64,000 nt of DNA from Candidatus Hermodarchaeum yapensis. Its GTDB lineage: Archaea; Asgardarchaeota; Hermodarchaeia; Hermodarchaeales; Hermodarchaeaceae. A model generated the notes under the pieces. That model saw nothing but the letters and a program-made list of their open reading frames with translations, was not told where the DNA came from and searched no databases. The translations under genes were made by a program, and so were the position numbers. This document shows, piece by piece, positions 52,045 to 61,096 of the stretch (the stretch's first letter is position 1; each line of letters begins with the position of its first letter). Where the stretch lies: contig JAEOSK010000006.1 in the NCBI GenBank assembly GCA_016840405.1, positions 1-64,000 of the forward strand, in the 5' to 3' direction.

Positions 52045-52345
52045 TTGACATTCTCCACGATTGAAATCGGGAGATTTGTGGATTTATGATACTCCAAAGG
52101 GTATGCCACCACCCTGTTACCCAGTTCCACCTCATGACCGTGCTAGCTGATTCGCCACCGAATCCGTGAGCGCAGTCATCACGGGTGCAAGCCCTATTCT
52201 AGCGAGGGGTCGTTGCTTTGCGGTGAAGAATAGTCCGCTGCCTGTTAAGAGGGGTTGCCGTGGTGTTGAAAGACACGCCAGGTGGGATAAGGTTTATTAT
52301 GTTCCCTTGGAGACTGCCAAATCTTCAGCGGCTCACCGCACTAGC
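52045..52345 (-). ncRNA. Candidate structured RNA ending in an IS200/IS605 right end (stand-alone omegaRNA-like element)
   Basis: Minus strand ends AATCTCCCGATTTCAATCGTGGAGAATGTCAA; several perfect stems; TTTATATA at 52368-52361; no tnpB ORF. Confidence 0.55.
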
Positions 52346-52481
52346 TTTTTAGCGTGAATCTATATAAACGCCGCGGCGATAAATCAACCCGAATAAATGC
52401 GATGCCCTGATCGCTAAAGTTAGCCTAATATTAATATTGGGAATATCCGCTCCGCTTACTCGGCTAAAAGAAGAAGGGGAT

Positions 52482-52513
52482 GAACGCTCTTGCCTGTTGG
52501 CAATGAGGCGTTC
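52482..52513 (-). terminator. Hairpin downstream of alba
   Basis: On the minus strand, GAACGCCTCATTGCC-AACA-GGCAAGAGCGTTC followed by CCCCTTCTTCTTTT. Confidence 0.5.
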
Positions 52514-52592
52514 TCACCTGCCGGATTGGCTTTCAAGCGATATCTGATTGTTTGGTTGATTCGTTGTTCGTAGATGGCACTTAGACCTGTTT

Positions 52593-53033
52593 CTACCCGC
52601 GAACCAATGTGATTTCCATAGCTGAGACGTTTGCGACGTTACCCTCTGCAGTTTTGACTTGTTCAGTGGAGATCTCAATTTCGCTGACGACAAGATCAGT
52701 CATGAAGCGATTTCGGAGAACTTCAGCTACGTCCACAGCACGACTGATGGCTCGACCACGCGCTTTAATGACTAGTTCCTCTGGATTTCGATTGAGTTGA
52801 GTAACACAAGCAGTAATGTAGCTCATTAGCGGTTTACTGCCCACGAATACGACGCTTTCATCACGCCGGGTCTTTGGTGCTTCAGCCTTTTTCTCCTCTT
52901 TCTTCGGAGCTTTTTCGGCCTTTGGTTCTTCAGCTTTCACTTTTTCAGCTTTGGGTTCTTTTGCTTTGGGTTCTTTTGCTTTTTTAGTCTCAGCAGACTT
53001 GGATTCTTTAGACATTTTGGATATTTCCTCCAT
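52593..53033 (-). CDS. albA: DNA/RNA-binding protein Alba with N-terminal Lys/Glu/Ala/Pro-rich extension
   Basis: VFVGSKPLMSY, IKARGRAISRAVDVAE, NVSAMEITL. Confidence 0.95.
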   Translation of the reverse strand: MEEISKMSKESKSAETKKAKEPKAKEPKAEKVKAEEPKAEKAPKKEEKKAEAPKTRRDESVVFVGSKPLMSYITACVTQLNRNPEELVIKARGRAISRAVDVAEVLRNRFMTDLVVSEIEISTEQVKTAEGNVANVSAMEITLVRG

Positions 53034-53202
53034 CTCTGGTTGTATTGTATTCTAGTTTCACCAGATTGTCTTGTGACCTATTGCAGAAGGAGTTAGAAAC
53101 CTCCTCCGCAATATTGGTGAGTGGAATCGATACTCTGGCTATAACTTTAAAATGTTTGGTTTAACCCCGATTTTCGTGACTTCAAGGAGAGAGCCAATTT
53201 GA

Positions 53203-54282
53203 TTAATCAAAACTTTGACGTTTTCGCCAAAGAACTAATAGAATCAGCACAATTACAACTATAACAAGAATCATTAATGCAAAAATGAGGGGTAAAAACC
53301 ACGGATCCGTTACTCGGAAAATGGTGGGGGCAACCAGTTGTTTTTGTACGAAAGCTTCAACGACTCGTCCTACGGCTTCTAAGGATTCAGGTGAGCACTT
53401 ATCGGGCGTATCCTCTAAAGTGTGCCATGGAGGATAATCAAAGTCAATAATATCAATAGCGGGAATTCCTGCCCTCAAGAATGGGCGATGATCATCACCG
53501 ATGTTATAGCCAGGAACATCGAGAAACACATCATCATATTGAAGATCTGCCGCAATTTGCCAAATGGCATTGACGAGGGAGGGGGTAGAACTGAGCTCGT
53601 GTTTCAATTGTAAATCTGCATCACCCATCATATCAAGAAGGACTGCTGCCTGGATGTTGTTTTTCTGATACTCCGTTAGACTGTTCACGTAATAGGTTGA
53701 TCCAACAATATAGTCCCATCCATTCCAATTTCCTGAATCCTCGGCATCAACAAAGAGAAGAGTGACTGCGTTTTGTGCCCCCTCAGGAAGAACACAGGCT
53801 AGCTCAAGAAGTGCAGCGACACCACTGGCGCCGTCGTTAGCCCCTAGAATTGGTTGTGCCCGATTTTCCAAGTTTGAATCCATATCAGCTATGGGTCGAG
53901 TATCGTAATGAGCAATTAATACATAACGTGGTGAGCTACTCGCACCTGCGATAATATTACGAAGCGGCGTATCCAAGTGTGTCCAAGTTTGCCTTTGTAT
54001 GTTCCAACCTTGGTTTTCCAGTGATGCAATAATGTAATCGCCACAAGCCGTAAGGTTGCTTGAACCCGGCGGACGTGGACCAAAGGCACATTGATCTTCT
54101 AAATATGTGAAGGCGCGAGTGCCGTTAAATTCCAAACAACATTGTTGCGGAAGAATTGAATATTCATTAACGGCTGTGAATTCTTTTGATGAATTCACTG
54201 GAAGTGGGAGAAGCAAGAGTGTCAGTAATACAACCATTGTGAAGACAATAATCACCGAGTGAGATTTTGAATGACGGTTCAT
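53203..54282 (-). CDS. M28-family peptidase / glutaminyl cyclase-like, membrane anchored
   Basis: Signal helix; AHYDTRP, GANDGASG, DAED, DMMGD, DDH, WHTLEDT; C-terminal TM plus RKR. Confidence 0.88.
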   Translation of the reverse strand: MNRHSKSHSVIIVFTMVVLLTLLLLPLPVNSSKEFTAVNEYSILPQQCCLEFNGTRAFTYLEDQCAFGPRPPGSSNLTACGDYIIASLENQGWNIQRQTWTHLDTPLRNIIAGASSSPRYVLIAHYDTRPIADMDSNLENRAQPILGANDGASGVAALLELACVLPEGAQNAVTLLFVDAEDSGNWNGWDYIVGSTYYVNSLTEYQKNNIQAAVLLDMMGDADLQLKHELSSTPSLVNAIWQIAADLQYDDVFLDVPGYNIGDDHRPFLRAGIPAIDIIDFDYPPWHTLEDTPDKCSPESLEAVGRVVEAFVQKQLVAPTIFRVTDPWFLPLIFALMILVIVVIVLILLVLWRKRQSFD

Positions 54283-54387
54283 AGATGCACCCGAATTGAT
54301 GACTACGCCCTTAGAAAGGAATTGAGCAAACCCGAAACCTATAAAAGTAGTGGACTGATGCCAACCGTCACAGCCTGGTGCTCTAGT

Positions 54388-54780
54388 ATGTCGAAAGAAT
54401 CTGATGAACTCAAACGCATCCGTGAACGGAAAATGCAAGCGTTAATCAAAGAGCAAGAGCGCCGTGAAGCCGTCGAATCATTAGTAGCTGATCGTGAAAA
54501 AGAAAGGGAACAACTGATTCAACAGTTATTCCTGCCGGATGCCGTGTCATATCTGGAAGAACTCAAGAAAACGAAACCGAAGATTGCAAATCGCATTGAA
54601 GATCTAGCCATTGCACTCTATTTGCGACAGCAACTGATTAACCGCATCCCCAAAACTGGCGTTATTATGGTTCAACGCAAATTAGAAGGAGTCGAACCAA
54701 AAATCACCGTTAAACGCCGCGGAGAAGATGAAGTAAGCTTTTATGAAGCTGTAAAAAAGGACCTTGCGGATAAGCACTGA
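54388..54780 (+). CDS. PDCD5/TFAR19-like protein
   Basis: DELKRIRERKMQAL, QLFLPDA..L..LK..KP.IA..IE, KITVKRR. Confidence 0.75.
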   Translation: MSKESDELKRIRERKMQALIKEQERREAVESLVADREKEREQLIQQLFLPDAVSYLEELKKTKPKIANRIEDLAIALYLRQQLINRIPKTGVIMVQRKLEGVEPKITVKRRGEDEVSFYEAVKKDLADKH

Positions 54781-54845
54781 AACCCAAGAAATCCACTATG
54801 ATTTCTTAGAAAATTTCCGTTGGTTCAGGGGTACATTTATTGTTC

Positions 54846-55331
54846 TTAATAAGCTGCCGAGGGTACGGTCCCAGCGGAGGTTTCTTTTAAAACCCGACCT
54901 TGTTGATTCTGGAGAGCAACTCGAATCACACTTACTGCATTTGCACCCCAGACAGTTCGTTTGATATCTCGCTCCAGCATTTTCACTGCAGCACCATTGG
55001 TTAGCTCCTGAAACGCCGTTGGACCCATGTGGAGTAATAGATGAAGAACTGTACCTGATTCGTGGAACAAGGGATCAGGGGGGAGGTCAATTTCAGGGGT
55101 TTCAATGGATGAGGCAATGGTTGATGGTTTCCAATGGAAATAGCGTTTACGGGCTTCTCTTCGAATATCCACGAGCCCTGCGCAACATAACACTTCAATG
55201 ACATCGTAAAGACGTCGTTTTTCTTTAAGTGGCAATCCTAGATGCATGAGGAGTGTATTGGCCGTGTATTCCTGCTGAGGATGTTCCCGCAAAAAACTGA
55301 TTACATGGCTAGCAATTTCGCCTAATTTCAT
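54846..55331 (-). CDS. E2F/DP-like winged-helix DNA-binding protein
   Basis: LGEIASHVISFL...KRRLYDVIEVL..AGLV......YFHWK parallels the E2F pattern KRRIYDIxNVLxGxGLI.....I.WKG. ATG follows GAGG. Confidence 0.7.
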   Translation of the reverse strand: MKLGEIASHVISFLREHPQQEYTANTLLMHLGLPLKEKRRLYDVIEVLCCAGLVDIRREARKRYFHWKPSTIASSIETPEIDLPPDPLFHESGTVLHLLLHMGPTAFQELTNGAAVKMLERDIKRTVWGANAVSVIRVALQNQQGRVLKETSAGTVPSAAY

Positions 55332-55611
55332 GGTGATATCCTCGCCCAGTCCAAAGAATTTCAAGGGTTCGTGAGGGCCCACTCAGAGGAAGATGATAAG
55401 CCAACCTCATCACCTTTGGACCCAGTACTCACTTCCCTCGAAATCTAAGTGATGTTCCTATCTCTTCTCCCTTCTTGTTAAAAAGTGCTGGTAATACGTT
55501 TCGTGCCATTCGTCCAAATTGCAGTAACATTAGGAGTTCATTATAAATCAGGAAAAGGACAGAGCTTAAATCAGTAAATTCCCAGCTATTGGGTGGGGTT
55601 CTTCAGTCGGA

Positions 55612-56832
55612 ATGAGGAAATATCGTTTGTGGCAAATAGCAGTGTTTCTCCTCTTGATTTTCCTCGTAGCACTGCCTCCCCACCGAGTTAATGCCTTTCA
55701 ATATTTTCATTATTGGCGAGTAACCTTTTCTGGCTCGATAGAAGTCCATGGGAATGAATCGCTCCCAATTTCTTCTTACTGGAATTATATTGGAAATCGA
55801 TCATGGCAAACCTGCGAACAACTTTCTTTCAATATAGTTCATAACTCTGAAACTATCGTGCCCTCAGAGCTTGGCGAAGATATCGATGGCAACCCTAGGC
55901 TTAGTTTGGACATTGGACCTCTTTTAGAGCCAAATGACACCCTGCAATGGGAGGAGGAATGGCTATTTACTGTCTCAGATAGGCGACCTAGTCTCCCTCA
56001 AATTAGTATCGAACAGTCAGGGACCCTTGAAGAAGTTGAATCTCTATTAGGAACAGAAGATTACCTGCGTTATACTTCTGGGACAATGTTATGGAAGACT
56101 TGGAACCAGTCCTTGCTCGATCTTGCACAAGTTATCCAAGAGGGAATTCCAGAAGAGTCTCAAAATAATATTCTCGCCTTGGTTCATGCGTCGATTGCGT
56201 GGATTCAAGCAAATATCACAAGATCGACTGGGATAACTGAACCCCAATATCCTGAGGAGACCGTAGATAGTCAAATGGGCGATTGTGACGATCAGTCTAA
56301 TTTGCTTATTACACTTCTGCGGATTCACAATATACCCTGCTATCTCTTGACTGGTCACTGGTTTCAGAATGCTGCCCGAACGCATGGATATCTTTGGGGG
56401 TCCGTCGAAGAAGATGCCTATCTTTATGTTGATTGGCAGAATTCAAATGGTCATGGTTGGGCAATGGTTTATGTTCCACCCTGGGGATGGCTTCCGTTTG
56501 ATTTAATTGCAGCCGGACCAGGGAGTGACCCGATTGATACATACTACAATTCACTGTATGCTACTGGAGGACCATTTGTAACCTTATGGCAAATTTTAGC
56601 CAGCGATTATATTGCCGAACGGCGAACAGAAAAAGTTGAACTCTTTGCTCATCAACTCCATCGAGTGGAAGAAGAAGTATGGCATAGCTTTGGCTCACTG
56701 CCAATTATTGACAATCAGTACCTAACAACAAATGTTGCCACAATACTTGCCCTCACTACTACTCTAATATTATTAACCAGCCTTGTTGTAGTTGCGTATC
56801 GACGCCAACCGGAGGAGGACCCGGAACAGTGA
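55612..56832 (+). CDS. Transglutaminase-like protein, secreted and membrane anchored
   Basis: Signal peptide; GDCDD, GHGW and PFD catalytic triad motifs; C-terminal TM helix. Confidence 0.85.
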   Translation: MRKYRLWQIAVFLLLIFLVALPPHRVNAFQYFHYWRVTFSGSIEVHGNESLPISSYWNYIGNRSWQTCEQLSFNIVHNSETIVPSELGEDIDGNPRLSLDIGPLLEPNDTLQWEEEWLFTVSDRRPSLPQISIEQSGTLEEVESLLGTEDYLRYTSGTMLWKTWNQSLLDLAQVIQEGIPEESQNNILALVHASIAWIQANITRSTGITEPQYPEETVDSQMGDCDDQSNLLITLLRIHNIPCYLLTGHWFQNAARTHGYLWGSVEEDAYLYVDWQNSNGHGWAMVYVPPWGWLPFDLIAAGPGSDPIDTYYNSLYATGGPFVTLWQILASDYIAERRTEKVELFAHQLHRVEEEVWHSFGSLPIIDNQYLTTNVATILALTTTLILLTSLVVVAYRRQPEEDPEQ

Positions 56833-58598
56833 CCCCACCGGTAATGCCGAGTAAGCTGTATTCAGAGTACGTATTCGATGGTCATGAGGTTGCCCCCCGA
56901 TTTTGGGGACCAATCCCTCTTAATATGAAGGAAGCCGTGACCATCAGTCGTCCTCTAATCAAAGGATATCGCACCAATCAACAACCCCTCTTTTCCCCAG
57001 AGCGATTTAGCCGATTTTGTGATGCATTACGAAATATTCATCGAGAATATCAAGGACTAACTCCGAAGGTGAAGAAGAACTTAGACCTCCTAGAAGAACA
57101 GATAGCAGTTGTAGAGGCAGGACACCAACCAGCTTTGTTTGGTGGCCCCGGCTTTGTAATTAATAAACTCACCACCATTGCCCGACTCGCAACTTTACAG
57201 AACACCGCTCCCATCATGTTTGTGGGCGACCACGACCATGAACAAAAGGAATTAACCGTAATTCATTTGCCTAGCCCAGGACCCCGAGGAATCACATTCT
57301 CGATGCCTGTCCCCCGTGAATACAAACAATCACCTATGCATGTGTTACCACTCCCCACACAAACCTGGTTTAGCCAAGCACTAACGAAGATTTCGTCAAC
57401 CTATCATGAACTAATTGCAGGAATGCCCAAGAAACAAAAAAGCCAATACGAGAATCGAATCCAGACGCTTACCAGCATCCTTGAATCAACATTCACCCAG
57501 GCAAGCACTATTTCGGAGTGGAGTATACTCCTATGGATGCAGATCGTTAATCTCTCGCAGGATAGTGGAATCTTATTCCAAATTTTTTCGAATTCGAGCA
57601 TACGCCAACTCATGCTCCCAGCTTTTGAGTATCTATTGAAATCCCAAACCCGCTCTCGCCTCATCCAAGCCCTAAATCATAGTGGAAGCCAACTCAAAGA
57701 ATTTGGCTATACTCCAGGCATTGGTGTTCGCGCTGAAGATTACGTACCCTTTCATCTTGAATGTCCAACAAAGGGCTGCCACCGAACCCGTTTGGATCCT
57801 ACTCTCACTCACCCATCGACTAACAGCAAGGTTGAGATAAGCACCCGTTGTCCTAAATGTAGAACCGAGCATTCAATCCTGATAAAAGAAAAATCCCCGG
57901 ACCTCAGCCCTTGGGCTGACTTTCTTTCACCCCGAGTTGATACACGTGCGTTTCTCGTACAAAGCTATACACCCGTGATTCTACATGTGGGAGGCGCTGG
58001 CGAAACGGATTATCACGCCCAAGTGTCCCCCGCACTCGAAGCAATTCAAAGCATATCTCCAATCTTCTTTCGATATAATCGTCTTTATTATGGAAATCCT
58101 TGGACTCGACGCCAAGCACAGAAACTCTCGAGTGAAAACCTCAATTCACTTCAACCGAGTGAACTTCATTTCCATACCTCTGCAATAACAACTGGATATA
58201 ATGAAGACAATCCCGGAGTAACTCGTTCTCTCTTTGCAGCAAGTGGAGAATATATTCTAGAAACCGCAGCACAACTCATCTCAGATGAATCCCGACTTGA
58301 GAGGGAACGAATGGATACAATCATACAACAACGTGAAGCTACAGACCCAACATCCAAAGAAGAGCTGCAATCAAAGGTAGGTGTTCTAACACGTAGACGC
58401 CAACTAGTCCAAACCTATCTTTCACAAATGTTCGGTCGATATTCTCCCGAACGATTGGGACAAGAATCAAGTTTTGTATGGATAGACAGCGCCATTTCCC
58501 TTGGTCCCAATGAACTCTTCAATCGTCTTTCAGCGCATTATCAGCCGCTGACACCACCGGCTGCCACACACTATCTCTTTGATGAACCTAATGAATAG
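56829..58598 (+). CDS. bshC: Bacillithiol biosynthesis cysteine-adding enzyme BshC
   Basis: AGHQPALFGGP..INK, DHDH, SPRVDTR, VGGAGETDYHAQ, helical region, QE. Confidence 0.85.
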   Translation: MTPPVMPSKLYSEYVFDGHEVAPRFWGPIPLNMKEAVTISRPLIKGYRTNQQPLFSPERFSRFCDALRNIHREYQGLTPKVKKNLDLLEEQIAVVEAGHQPALFGGPGFVINKLTTIARLATLQNTAPIMFVGDHDHEQKELTVIHLPSPGPRGITFSMPVPREYKQSPMHVLPLPTQTWFSQALTKISSTYHELIAGMPKKQKSQYENRIQTLTSILESTFTQASTISEWSILLWMQIVNLSQDSGILFQIFSNSSIRQLMLPAFEYLLKSQTRSRLIQALNHSGSQLKEFGYTPGIGVRAEDYVPFHLECPTKGCHRTRLDPTLTHPSTNSKVEISTRCPKCRTEHSILIKEKSPDLSPWADFLSPRVDTRAFLVQSYTPVILHVGGAGETDYHAQVSPALEAIQSISPIFFRYNRLYYGNPWTRRQAQKLSSENLNSLQPSELHFHTSAITTGYNEDNPGVTRSLFAASGEYILETAAQLISDESRLERERMDTIIQQREATDPTSKEELQSKVGVLTRRRQLVQTYLSQMFGRYSPERLGQESSFVWIDSAISLGPNELFNRLSAHYQPLTPPAATHYLFDEPNE

Positions 58599-58652
58599 TA
58601 GGACATTGAAAGTATATTTTTACTAGACAAGAACATGGAGTGCCGAACAACC

Positions 58653-59165
58653 ATGAATTTGCTTGATATCATTAAAGGTCGACGTAGCATTCGCAAGTAC
58701 CAATCCCGGGAAGTAGAACAAGAGAAGATTGAAAAAATTCTCGAAGCTGCACAATGGGCACCTTCAGCGTCGAACCGCCAACCCTGGCATTTTATTGTAA
58801 TTCGGGACCCTGAGACACGCAAGAAGCTCGGTGCTATTCATTCACATGGCAGATTCATGAAAGAATCTCCAGTGGTAATTGCCGTGCTTGGAGACCCTGA
58901 AGCTCACGAAAAATATTTTCTATGCGACCCTCATCAAGCGATCCAGAATCTCATGCTTATGGCACATTGGCTTGAATTAGGAACTTGCTGGATGGGTGTT
59001 CGGGGAACTTCATTTGAACCAAAAATGAAAACACTCCTAGGTGTCCCAGATTCACTCCACCTAATTTGTACGATTTCTCTTGGATATCCGAATGAGGAAC
59101 GAACGAAAACACGCAAAGCATTATCAGAGATTGTATCCTGGGAACGCTACGGACAAAGAAAATGA
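58653..59165 (+). CDS. Nitroreductase family protein
   Basis: RRSIRKY, APSASNRQPW, QNLMLMA..LGTCW, LGYP. Confidence 0.92.
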   Translation: MNLLDIIKGRRSIRKYQSREVEQEKIEKILEAAQWAPSASNRQPWHFIVIRDPETRKKLGAIHSHGRFMKESPVVIAVLGDPEAHEKYFLCDPHQAIQNLMLMAHWLELGTCWMGVRGTSFEPKMKTLLGVPDSLHLICTISLGYPNEERTKTRKALSEIVSWERYGQRK

Positions 59166-59174
59166 ATTGTTAGT

Positions 59175-60281
59175 CTAGGTTTGAAGCACTTTTTTGTAGA
59201 TAGCTTCGTATTGTGGCACAACTTTGTCAACCGTATGGCGTTCAATAATGGTTTGACGGGCCTTCGTCCCAAGGTTGTTTGCTAGCGTTTGATCTGTGAG
59301 TATCGCATACAATTTGTCTGCCAACGCATCGATATCCCCAAAGGGCACCAGAAGCCCATTTTCCCCATTATCAATTATTTCTGGAATGCCACCCACTGCT
59401 GTTGAAACGACGGGTAATCCAGCACTCATTGCTTCTAAGAGTGATAATGGGGCGCCTTCGAGTTCGGAGGTTAAGGCAAAAGCGTAGCCACAGCGTAGAT
59501 ATTGATAGATGTCCCGTTTAAAACCGGGACATTTGACCCTGTCATTCAATTCGAACTCGCGAATCAAGCGGTCGACCTCTGGTCGTGTTGGACCATCACC
59601 AAGCAGAAGTAATTCGACATCATCCAGCTTATCAACAATCTGTGCAAATGCGGTTACTAAGTCTTGAACGCGCTTAACGGGACGAAAATTGGACACATGT
59701 ATCACTTGGCGTTTTCCATCATTTGTGGTAAATTCACACGCGTTTGGTTTGTATAATTCAGTGTCAGTAAAATTCGTGATTGGTTCAACCACACATCGTA
59801 TTCCCAAAGTTTGTTCAGCAGTTTGACAGATATGTTTAGTAACGCATGTAACTGCATTGGCACTCTCCACTGAATAGCGCGTAGCAAGTTGATAGGAAGG
59901 GTCTGCGCCCAGAGTATGCACATCAGAACCATGTAATGTTACAACATAGGGAATGCCCGTCATCTGCTGAGCCATATTAGCAGATACGGCATGCGGGATA
60001 GCATAGTGAACATGTAACAGGTCCAATTCATATTTTTGTGCGACTTGAACCATTCGAGATGCAAGAGCAACAGTGTAAGGAGGATATCGAAAGAGGGGGT
60101 ATTCTAGCACATCAACGAGATTTACAGTGACGTTCTCGTATTGACCTTCTTGGAGCTCGAATGGCACTTCGTAAGTGATAAAGTGCACTTCATGTCCTCG
60201 TTTACCAAGTTCGACCCCTAACCTTGTGGCCAGAAGTCCAGAACCTCCGACTCCAGGGTAACATGTAATTCCAATTCGCAT
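59175..60281 (-). CDS. bshA: N-acetylglucosaminyl-L-malate synthase BshA
   Basis: MRIGITCYPGVGGSG..AT.LG..L..RGHEVHFI, YPLFRYPPY, HVHYAIPHA, TLHGSD, HVSNFRPVKR. Confidence 0.93.
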   Translation of the reverse strand: MRIGITCYPGVGGSGLLATRLGVELGKRGHEVHFITYEVPFELQEGQYENVTVNLVDVLEYPLFRYPPYTVALASRMVQVAQKYELDLLHVHYAIPHAVSANMAQQMTGIPYVVTLHGSDVHTLGADPSYQLATRYSVESANAVTCVTKHICQTAEQTLGIRCVVEPITNFTDTELYKPNACEFTTNDGKRQVIHVSNFRPVKRVQDLVTAFAQIVDKLDDVELLLLGDGPTRPEVDRLIREFELNDRVKCPGFKRDIYQYLRCGYAFALTSELEGAPLSLLEAMSAGLPVVSTAVGGIPEIIDNGENGLLVPFGDIDALADKLYAILTDQTLANNLGTKARQTIIERHTVDKVVPQYEAIYKKVLQT

Positions 60282-60396
60282 TGTCTGTCGAAAGGCATCC
60301 TGTCTTTCCTACCCTTATGTGTTGCTCTATACGTCTGTTAACACTCCACCCTAAGACGAGGAAACCTTTAGGGAGAGAAACAGCGTAATATTCAGT

Positions 60397-61074
60397 ATGT
60401 CCGATTCCTCGTCTCACCACCTTCTAGTCGTGGCAGCCCACCCCGATGATGAAACATTCGGATGCGGAGGCACCATTGCCCTTGAAAGGGCAAACGGAAA
60501 CCCAGTTACAGTGTGCTGTCTTACAGGCACCGTCGCCCGACACCGAGAATTAGAAGCTGCCTGCGAAACGCTAGGTGCAAAAGTTATTGCACTGAAAGCC
60601 AAAGATATGACGCTAACAATTTCGGATGTAACTAAAACCCTCATTCCGATTATTCATGAGAAACGTCCAGAAGTCATCATTTCCCACAGTGCCGAGGATT
60701 ACCATCCAGATCATCGCATCGTCCATGAAGCAGTTCTCCGTGCAGCAGAATGGGCAGGTCATTCGACACAATATAAGAGTAAAGCTTGGCGCCCGAAGCG
60801 CCTTCTCTTCATGGAAATCAACAACCTTCTCTCCATGCCTACGGTGCTAGTCGATATTTCTGATTATATTGAGCTGAAAACTGATGCGATTTATGAATAT
60901 GCGAGTCAAATGAAAAAAACCGAGGAATACTATCTCTTCTTCAATTTACAGAAAGGACGATTACGGGGTCTGCAAGCAGGAACTGAATATGCTGAAGCCT
61001 TCCAAGAAATCCTCATGCCCATTCATGGACCTTTCTATTCCCCGACACCAACTGTCAAAACAATATTTTCCTAA
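60397..61074 (+). CDS. bshB: PIG-L family deacetylase (BshB-like)
   Basis: AHPDDETFGCGGT, HPDH, VDIS, SQ, AEAF; divergent from bshA. Confidence 0.8.
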   Translation: MSDSSSHHLLVVAAHPDDETFGCGGTIALERANGNPVTVCCLTGTVARHRELEAACETLGAKVIALKAKDMTLTISDVTKTLIPIIHEKRPEVIISHSAEDYHPDHRIVHEAVLRAAEWAGHSTQYKSKAWRPKRLLFMEINNLLSMPTVLVDISDYIELKTDAIYEYASQMKKTEEYYLFFNLQKGRLRGLQAGTEYAEAFQEILMPIHGPFYSPTPTVKTIFS

Positions 61075-61096
61075 TCTGAGCCCTTCAACCAAATGA

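Noticed and set aside
52140-52345. RNase P or SRP RNA (AGTCC.../...GGCT bulged helix, GGGTGCAAG)
   Set aside because: No GAGGAAAGUCC or ACAGAA consensus, the look-alike blocks are in the wrong order, and no SRP helix-8 motif was found. Kept as an unknown structured RNA.
54271-54438. Apparent overlap of the M28 and PDCD5-like ORFs
   Set aside because: It disappears with the likelier starts at 54282 (minus) and 54388 (plus).
55284-55295. E2F-like site TTCCCGCAAAA inside the E2F-like gene
   Set aside because: A single short match in coding sequence, expected by chance.
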